A stretch of DNA of 64,000 nt from Balanoglossus misakiensis (Eukaryota; Animalia; Hemichordata), in NCBI GenBank assembly GCA_040954595.2, contig CM082597.2, positions 9,765,778-9,829,777 of the forward strand. The letters are read 5' to 3'. Shown piece by piece: positions 1 to 64,000 of this stretch (its first letter is position 1; every line of letters begins with the position of its first letter). The notes beneath the pieces are model-generated. The model saw only the letters and a program-made list of their open reading frames with translations. It was not told where the DNA came from and ran no database searches. The position numbers and the translations under genes were made by a program.

Positions 1-1076
1 ATACATGTAACTAAGCTTTGTAGATAAGCCTTGTAAAAGATGTTGCAGACAGTATCATGCAGTGTTAAGAATCAATTGGAAGTCTTGAGTCTAAAATGTG
101 TTTTCTGTAGAGTTTGGTGTTTAGAAAAAGCTGTATCTAAAATGCTCAGGGAGATTTATCTGGGAAATATGTCCCAAAAACAGAAAGGTCCTTTAAAAAA
201 TATTTATTACAGAGGATGTATTATTAGCACATTTTTGGATACAAGTGCTATATAAAACTCGTTATTATTTGTAGACTGTATTATTATTATAATTGATTGT
301 AATAAATTCAAACAAAAAATCTCACCTCTTTTCAAATGATTTGGGGTAGTTATGTGTTGTAAATAACTTTTTGTCAATAATTAAAATATCAGTTTGACAA
401 TACCAGTAAGCTTGGCGTACTAAAGTTAAAATCAAAATTTTGTAATGGTAAACTGTAATTTGACAACCACAGGTTTTTCCTATATTCATGTAAACATCAA
501 AAGACAAACTTTGGAGGTGTTCCTGTCAATTCTGAAACAAATGAGTATGTAACTGAGAGAAAACAGTGGATAGTGTGAATAAGTGTGAATTCTCATCATT
601 TAAAGGCACGTAAGCTGTAACTTTTGGGATAATTTTCATAATTTTTGTTTCAAACTGCACTACCACTAGTCCATGCAGATGAAGGCAGTGAACTATACAC
701 AAGCATAATAAACCCTAAATATGAGTGCATATGCAAGTTTTAACCAGATAAATAATAAAGCTTTGCCGCAAGCGATTATGGCCGCCACCGTGGGAAAATG
801 CAAGAAACAATGAAAATGTTGCATTTCCGGTTATGAATCTTCATAAACAAAACATGATCTCATCCACTTGAGCTCATGGAAGTAAATGTACACCACTGAG
901 ACATCAGATTTTTATTTTTCACTGCAATATTGCACTTTTTTTAAAAATTAGGGTGACCCTTTTTTTTTATTTGTTTCTCATCTCCAAAGGAATAGTCAGG
1001 CAGGGCGGGCGGGCGAAATAAAAAAAAAACGTGTACCAAAAAAAAAACCTGTTTCAGTTCCATGTTTTATCCATTA

Positions 1077-2948
1077 GGCCAAAGTAAGTAAATTCTTTGT
1101 TTTGCGTCCGCGCGCGCGTAGGTTTTCGGGCTTTTTTGAGAAAAATAACACAAAACTCATTTGCATAAATTTCCAATCCACGGCGGTATTTTGTCGAATA
1201 AAATGACATTTCGACAAATGCCACTTTACGGCAGTCCTATTCTAATCATGGTGTGACGTAAAACGGGACGCCCTACAGCAACTGCGCATGCTCGTAGTTG
1301 AAGTCTGTCAACACACGGTGCAGGCTGCACGTGTCCTGTCGCCGCGCATCTCCTCTGTCTGCTGGGAAAGCCAGGGATCCCCGTGATTTAACATGAATGA
1401 AGCCAACGAATAAGTCGTCCTAAAGGTTACGGAAAAAGATAAAACTATCCTTGACTAGTTCAGGATGGAAGTGACCGACGCGCAAAACTTTGCACGGCTA
1501 CTGGAAGCCATGGTGAATGTACCATAAAGCCGGCCAGACAGTGTTTCAGTCGCCGATCATCACCACCTCGTCTACCAAAGGATGTTTTTCACCTTTTGTG
1601 CGGCCCCATACCCAGGTAACTAATTTATCTTAGTAGAGAAAACTTTTATAGTCAAGCCAGAACACAATAATCTTTGTTGCTGTTTGATCACAGGGGGCTC
1701 TCCCTCCGCGATTTTGTTTGTTGTTATTGATTGGCATAATAAATAAATATGGTCACGTTTGTTTGTTGACATGTAAGGTATACTAGTATTCAACGGTCAG
1801 GGTTAGGGTGTACATGTATTCAACGGTTAGAGTAAGTGTTGGCATTTTTTCGATCCATGGCACTCCCACCTGACCGTTGAATACACCGTGACCCTAACCC
1901 TGACCGTTGAATATTATACATGTACCTAACATGTCAACAGACAAACGTGACCATATTTATTTATTATGCCAATCAATAACAACAACAAACAAAATCGCGG
2001 AGGGAGAGCCCCTTGTGGTTTGATTTCTGTCTTTTAAATCCAGTCACATGTTTTTTTGATTTTGTTAGATGTTTTCCTGGACAGTTTTTAAATATATTCA
2101 TAAAGTGTGAAACAGTTATATTTGTCACATTTTATTTTCAAATATTTGATATTTAAAATTCATTTCATTTGTGATTTTTAGATCTAGGTCCACCAGATGA
2201 TGGTGAGCATTACAAATCGTTCTGTCAGTGAAATGGTACTAGAGAAAGGGAGCATTTAAAGGGGGGGGGGGGGTAAGCAAAAGAAAATTCTATGGTGGTA
2301 GATCAGTGAAAATAGGTGGTGGGACTGTGAAGTTCAGTGAATGTAGAACATTTGTGTTTATTGCAATACAGTCATATTATCATTATCATCTCATGGGTTG
2401 GCATATGCATCATACTTCGTAGTGAGATGTTATCACTATACTCAAGCATGTTTTCGTATTTTGTTTACAGAATTTTCAAAGACATTTCTTCACAGAAATG
2501 TTTCATCGTGATCAACCAAACTTGGCAGATGGAAGTTTCTCCACATTACTACAGTGCCAGATTGAATAGTCCTGATGTTTGATATGTTTGTGGGTCAGGA
2601 ATCATCTCATCCCTATTACACCGGATATGAGGGAACAGTACCAGTCTATCCAGCCAGTCTGCAGAACTTGTAGAGACAGTGGCCACATTCAGCACACAAA
2701 TAAGAAATCTAAAACTTGTAAAAGAAAAGCAAATGACAGATTAAAGGCTACAAATGACATTGTATTTTGATCATATTGTAGTAGTGTGTCACACTACTAC
2801 ATAAATGTGCATATTGCACGAGAAAAACTCTGAAATAAAGGCAAACTAATTTTGTGTTATTTTTTGTGTGTGTGTTTTTTGACCGCTTACCCTCGTACCT
2901 TTTAGAATTTTGAGTGGACGCAAAACAAAGAATTTACTTACTTTGGCC
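1077..2948. mobile_element. PIF/Harbinger-like MITE
   Basis: Perfect 33-bp TIR ggccaaagtaagtaaattctttgttttgcgtcc; TTA TSD (1074-1076, 2949-2951). A related lone terminus lies near 45982. Confidence 0.85.
1689..2017. mobile_element. Foldback MITE with CA..TG ends and 7-bp TSD (P-like)
   Basis: Nearly fully palindromic; gtttgat duplicated at 1682-1688 and 2018-2024. Confidence 0.8.
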
Positions 2949-4623
2949 TTACAAACAAATGTGTAGGCCTATTTGTTTCTGTTCAATGTTCTGGCTGTTC
3001 AGTCATTGCAATTTCTTATCTTTCAGTCCAGTGTTTTGTGCTCTCTGTCCTTTTAGTCATTATAATTTCTTGTCTTTCATTTTAATGCTCTGTCCTTTCA
3101 TTCTCTACAATTTCTTCCCTTTCCTCCGGCCTCGATGGCTTCAGCCATGGTCCGACACGACCGCCATGGTGAATATGACGTCATATTTGCAAAATCTCAC
3201 AATTAGCCGTTGGGGGCGCTGTTGCTAGGATGATCGCCTCAGGCAAGCCTCAGGCTCACAGTCGGCGCAAATAAAACAGTTTTTTTTATTTTCATGTCGG
3301 AGCTGAAATTTACGGTCGGTCGGGAGATGAGAAACACAGAAAATAAAAACGTCGCCCTTACAGGAATTTTCGTTTTTCTTTAATTTTTGGCCATTTTGTC
3401 ATAAATAAGTGTTGAGCTTGATATATTATCATGAAATAGCATTTAATAGACATAATAAAAAGCATATATGAGATTATTTAAAACTTTAATTTTTTATCCA
3501 GTTGCAGCTTACGTGCCTTTAATCTATGGAATAAAAATGGGGGGTCAACCATCTAGATTTTTGAGGAAGCGCCCTCTATCTAGCTTTTGCCAGTGTTCGT
3601 AGATCTTTGTAAAACAGCTTCTTAAATAAGTATTTTGGGAGGGTCGTCATATTTTTTCACCATAGAATGTCAACTTACTGAATATTTTATTTTTAGCAAT
3701 TTTGAGATTTTATCTTGTTCAGTATGATAATCCTATATCTATACAACTGTTAAATTAAACGCATAATTGCCTAAAAATCCACTTTTATGAAAGTCTTTTA
3801 CCACTTCTAGATGTAAACTTTTTTTAAAACTTGGTAGATACCTTGTTTGAAATATATCAAATCAATTTAAGGCAAAAAAATAGGGGGTCACCGTGCAAAT
3901 TTTTGAGACACTGGAAGTTAATGATGGCTTTCGGGCGTTTTCAACAGCCCAGGATAGGCTGCAAAATGGTTTGGTTGCTATAGCAACATTGCAAACGTGC
4001 GAAAAATTTCAGTCCCAAATTTAATAAATACATAGTATGTACTAAAATAACCTCACAGCACTACACTACAACTTTGTATGAAAAACACTGGAAATAAAAT
4101 TTAACTTTTTACACTCTGCGCAGAAACCTGCGCAAACAACTAAAATGATCGAGGCGCGATATTCCTTAAGTCAAGTGTCCTTCAATTTTGCTTCTGACAA
4201 AATTCCCAGAAGGTGGCACCTTCATGTAGAGTTGCTCCACGTCTACATGTATATTTCAGAAAATTTTGTTCAGAGTCTAGCGTGTATGGAATAAATGCAC
4301 TGAGTGTGAGCGCATAAGTCATGGGATCGCGTTGGCCCATAGACTTGTGTACCTTACAGGCTTCTGGTTGTATGTATTATACATGTTGACATCATCTCTG
4401 CTCTTATGATTATGCATTACATTACCGTACATAGTAGGCAGAGTTTCAATGTATGACCTTCCGTGACCTAAAAGTCAGGTGCTAATATTCATTATAAAAG
4501 TTGACTACACGTAGAAAGAATATCCACTGTCGTAACTCCAACCAAAGTTGTACAATATCAGCCATTTCATGTCAACAAATGGCCTGAGCTTTTGAAGATT
4601 TTGCGAGGTACACTAGTCACTTA

Positions 4624-5417
4624 GGCTGCATTCACAAACACCTCTGGAGGGGGGGGGGGCGGGAGAATTCAATTTTTTTTACCGCTAATTTTCACATGCC
4701 CCCCTTCCGAACTGCCAATATTTTCAAATCCCCCCCTTCCGAACTGCCAAAATTTTGAAATCCCCCCCCCCATTTTCTCTTACAGAGCAAAACACATCAC
4801 CTATCTATCTTGTAAAAAGAAAAACAGCGCTCCCATGAAAAGAATTTGAAACTGATGTTTCCCCTCATCAGTGGGTATTAAAACTGAACATTGTTTTTAT
4901 TTTTTAAGTACATATATTTGTATTCTGTGTTGGGAGACATTGTAAACCGAGAATTGAAGGGGGTGGGTTTGGGAGGGGGTGTCCCACTCCCACGTAAGAA
5001 AATTTTCTAAAATACAGAGCTCAAAGCTGCATTTTAATGAACCCGGTAAAAGCAAATTAACTCAACTACCGGTATGTTGGGGAGGACAAATTTAACCGTC
5101 GCCGCTCAAAGTTATCATGGGGTGGGGCAAGTCCCCTGACCTGGGACACTAGATAAACCAGTCAATGATTGAAAGGTGTTGATGAATTGAGGGGGTGGGT
5201 GTAATCCACATTAGAAAATTTTGTAAAATAAAGGGCGCGAAACTGCATTTTTGTGGACTCAAAATAAATATTTAGTCGTTAAAGTTTTCAAGTCCCCCCC
5301 TTTCAGTCCCTAAATTATTTCAAATCCCCCCCTTACATACCCTCAATTTTTTCAAATCCCCCCCCTCAATTCTCCTGCCCCCCCCCCCCCCTTCCAGAGG
5401 TGTTTGTGAATGCAGCC
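4624..5417. mobile_element. Harbinger-like MITE
   Basis: TIR ggctgcattcacaaacacctctgga; TTA TSD (4621-4623, 5418-5420); partial inverted copy at about 9425-9813. Confidence 0.85.
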
Positions 5418-6067
5418 TTAGTGGACAGTAACCGAAACCATCAGCTCAGCCCCAAATTCAAAACTCAGCTCAGTACCAGAAACTCACTCAAACACATGAA
5501 AAGTTTTCAGAATCTTTATAAAGACAAAAAATCACTAAGAGAATAATGGGCTAGTCTGGGTGGCACCATGCTCAAGTGCACTCCCCTCCCTGTTTAATAA
5601 CATAACTACCACATTGTTTAACTAATGGGGCAAAAAAAAAAAAACGGGTTCCGGTAATCCAACCTATATGTAGCGTAATTTCTACCTACAGATCAGGTCC
5701 TAACCTTTTTGGGTCTATTCAAATATGCATGTACATGTAAAGTGAAAAATTTTAATGTACATAACATAAAATTTAGTAAGAAAATAAAGAGAATCCCAGG
5801 GAGATGTTATAACGATATCACAATCTTACATGTATCGGTGTTTTAACATACCTCCTACCCACGCAGCTATGGTGGACTCATGATTTGCTTGAATCAGTCA
5901 CAGTGTGACAGGTAAATAGATTCTAATGTAAATGTGTTAATGAATATCACTGGGAAAATTTTATTTGTGTCATAAAAATAAAATGTATTAAAACCGTAGC
6001 AACTGGTAATTGTAACTCAATATACTTCAATACAATAAATAAAAAGATTTGTAAGTGCATTTGGTAC

Positions 6068-6230
6068 TAGACTCTCTCACAGCCCCTCTCGTCGTCCATG
6101 CAGGCTTATGGACTGATTGCATGTGTGCTCGGCGAGACAACACCAAACGGTGCTTCTCCCTTGCCAAACGGTTGAGGGCGCGTCAGTGAAGAGCTTTGTT
6201 GTAGCGAACCGTGGGCTGTGAGAGAGTCTA
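6068..6230. mobile_element. 163-bp MITE with TAG termini and 9-bp TSD
   Basis: TIR tagactctctcacagccc; atttggtac at 6059-6067 and 6231-6239. Confidence 0.85.
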
Positions 6231-6375
6231 ATTTGGTACAAACAATATTAACAAAGTTCAAGTCAATCTGGTTATTGTAATATCTCCTTTCATATTGTGG
6301 TGTGTAAGTGGGGTAGGGATTTCCCCTTATTTTGTCATCCTTGATGAAACAGTGTACACTGTTTGTTTCTTGCAG

Positions 6376-61322
<54,947 letters not shown>

Positions 61323-61686
61323 GTACGTATCTTTTCTGTCACTATAGATATACAGAGTTTCTTTCAATACACCAAGTTTAATATTGATATTCCAGAGCTA
61401 GAAATTTGCAGTAGACCTGCATACCTAGTTACTCTGCTGCAAGTTTCAATAATGTGCATCAAAGGTAATTATTGAAAGATATCTGTAAACACTAACATTC
61501 ATTTTGGGTCACAAAATCATCTTCCCTGCAACCACCCACCTGCTTACATTTAAAAATATGTCATTTGCTCATGGCATCATCTGGCATTTACATAGTGGTG
61601 TATTAATTAAAGGGGAAGCTTGGCATGGCCAATTTTTTCTCTCTAGGTTCATTTGGTCAAAAGTGTGGTTTATGATTGGTGAGACT

Positions 61687-62120
61687 AATAGAATCTCACA
61701 CTCCCAAGGACTTGGGATCATATTTCTCACACGTGGTTGGCGACAGACTCGCAAAAAACGGTTGTATTTTCTAGATATCGCGCGAATTGATGCCACTGGA
61801 AACCATCGCCATATTTTAATGTGTTGTGCACATTTTTGTAGCATGTGTGTACTGTAAACTCGTGATGAAATGGGGACTCTGTTTTGTGGGGCGGATCAAT
61901 ATATGACCGGTCATGCAGTTATCAGTTGGTATTTTATAGATTTAGTTCTTTTATTGTAAATAAACGTGAATATCGCAAATTTGTGGTCGTGTGAGAAATA
62001 GAATCCCACACACCAAGGACCTGGGATCATATTTCTCACACTCGTCGGTGATATTTTGTCAAATCCCCAACTCGTGTGAGAAATACGATCCCAGGTCCTT
62101 GGGAGTGTGAGATTCTATTA
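61687..62120. mobile_element. Hairpin element H9 (arm-body-arm-loop-arm')
   Basis: aatagaatc(t/c)cacac..atttctcacac occurs twice in direct and once in inverted orientation. Confidence 0.7.
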
Positions 62121-62588
62121 ATCCCACACTCTCTATCCCACACTCCCAGCAGCCAGGATGTGAGAATGGTATTTCCTCGCTTCCTGGCACAGTATGAGAA
62201 AATCAGCATTGCCAAGCTTTTCTTTCAGTTTCCATAATTAAAGGGAAGACACATCACAGTTACAGAGTCTAAGAAGGACTTCAAAGCAAAAATTAGGAGG
62301 ACAGCACATTGTTTTCACTGTTGGAATATATAATATGACCAAATTTTTTTACAGTTCTGTTAATGCAATAGATTTTGTTGCCCAAACACTCAGGACCAGA
62401 TATGGTCTTCATATGCTCCAATGTTGGAAAATATGGGAAAGACCATGAATTTCCATCAAGCTCTGTGTCTTTTAACTGCAGACAAACATTAGCTCCTGTG
62501 TGAGAGTACAATAGCTAAAGATGGCATTTTATAACATAAATTCTGCAGGAAAACTCTAAAAACCGAAAGTCCTGCCATATTGCATTAA

Positions 62589-63759
62589 AGTGGAACGACA
62601 CCCACAATTTTGGGCTTCAAAGTACAAACCGGGTGTCAAAAACGGCAACGTTCCGATGGGTTAATTCACTTTCACTTCCTGCGCAAGCAGAAGACGCGAG
62701 TTGAAAATACTACAGTGACGTCAGCAACTTGCGTTGCAGTCGACGCGCAGCGCTCTTACACGTTCGACGTGTCATTTCCAATAAACAGACACATTTTGCG
62801 CGGATCTGACATGGCGAAATGTCAAGTTCATGATTTTAAAAACATGTTCGGAAAATCGACGGGGATAAGTTTCTTTCAAAGGCAATGCTCTACGTGTATT
62901 GTATTTGTCGATGCGTGCAGACATAGACCCTGCAATGTCCACGATGCCATGCATGTCGACGTTTATGAACAAACCGTAAGGCCTATACAAAGTTGTTCTA
63001 ACTGCCACTGATAATAATAAACGTACCGTTTTAAATCCTTCCTGCACGTTTTTTGGTACACGTATTTGGGTTTAATTTCCATTTATTGACGATCGCATAG
63101 TTATCAAATGAAAGCAACTAAAAAGGGCAGTTTTAATACATTTTAAGAGACGAAACATGCATAGAATAACTATGGTATTGGCTTCCATTATACTACGGAC
63201 GTACTACACCTGGAGAGCAGGACGATGCACCTGTGTTCTTTTCAACTCCATAAAAGGTGACAAAGTATTTTTGTAAGAAAAGTGGTTCGAAAAGGTGACA
63301 ACGAGGGAGAGACAACAAGGGAGGGTATTGTTAACAGCATTGTCTGTTTCACCATAGACCCTAGGGTCTATGGTTTCACTGACACCACACCAAGTGTAAG
63401 CCTTGACAAACGGGACACATCGGAGATCAGAACTGCATGAACTTTTGTCCTCTGTAAAATTCAGTCGCTTGGTCGTAGAAGGGAATCTCTGGTTCAAAAT
63501 TGTAGCCTACTACCCGAGAATATGTTGCCATGCTAACGTCGTCGGTCGCGTGAGTGCAGGCATAAGCTCGCTCCAACGCGTCGGCAGCGGACAACGGTAC
63601 CACAAGTTGCTGACGTCACTCACTTCCGGGTTCGCGCAGTTTTTGGCTGGCTGTAGCTCTGTTATGCGTAAGTGAAAGTGAATGAAACCAACGTTTTTCA
63701 TAGTAATTTTTAATCGCATTTCGCAGAATTGGCTCAAAAACGGATCACAACGTTCCACT
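62589..63759. mobile_element. Kolobok-like element, inverted copy of 27276
   Basis: TTAA TSD at both ends; TIR agtggaacg. Confidence 0.85.
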
Positions 63760-64000
63760 TTAATCTAAGTGTATGACCAGCAGCATACAGCACCTTTAAA
63801 TTTTTATAGATAACTTGTTAAACAGTGTTAACTGTATTTACCGTAAAGCTTGGAAAACATTGGTACATGTAAATGGTTCGAGGACCCCTGTAACACTTCT
63901 ACCCGTAAACATGACTGCATTTGATATACCACGGAAATCCCTGGTAAAACTACTGGGGTACCCAGTAACAATTACCTGAGTACCGCCCTTAAAAAAACCT

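Larger units (their letters stand above)
951..3357. mobile_element. PIF/Harbinger-like MITE
   Basis: TTA TSD (948-950, 3358-3360); imperfect TIR gggtgacc..tgtttctcatctcc / ggagatgagaaaca..gtcgccc. Confidence 0.65.
604..3518. mobile_element. Kolobok-like non-autonomous DNA transposon (outermost of a 4-level nest)
   Basis: TTAA at 600-603 and 3519-3522; TIR aggcacgtaagctgtaact / agttgcagcttacgtgcct (18/19). TTAA plus RR..YY termini fit Kolobok. Confidence 0.75.

Noticed and set aside
1-6375. POLE start exon or promoter
   Set aside because: No convincing ATG exon with a phase-2 donor; the CpG-rich patches lie inside transposons.
62293-62511. Possible nested minus-strand exon (LKDTELDGNSWSFPYFP..)
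   Set aside because: No recognisable homology and no partner exons.

Overview
Eukaryotic, AT-rich animal genomic DNA; the repeat landscape and intron pattern suggest a marine invertebrate, possibly a deuterostome (inference only). The window is almost entirely the 5' two-thirds of one + strand gene, POLE (DNA polymerase epsilon catalytic subunit). I reconstructed 30 coding exons by hand (6376..61322, about 4.43 kb, about 1475 codons), all phase-consistent. The ExoI/II/III, Pol A/B/C and CysX motifs are intact, and two introns use GC donors. The first coding exon and the 3' end lie outside the window or were not found. The introns hold nested transposable elements: Kolobok-like (TTAA), Harbinger-like (TWA), hAT/P-like and TA-flanked MITEs, Helentron-like elements, a piggyBac relic and two RTE-X-like LINEs. 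Most striking is a set of at least eight sequence-unrelated short element families that share one architecture: a short body bounded by inverted repeats, abutting a 115-190 bp hairpin. Their stems carry tandem GA/GA mismatches (mostly CGAG) and, in most, GNA/GNNA loops, nearly always on the same strand relative to the body, which suggests a folded ssDNA recombination or replication substrate. Also notable: an inverted MITE pair tightly flanking an in-frame 1455-nt exon block (circRNA-like geometry), an inverted MITE+LINE composite, and a 1771-bp tandem duplication. No prokaryotic genes, CRISPR arrays, rRNA or tRNA genes were seen.
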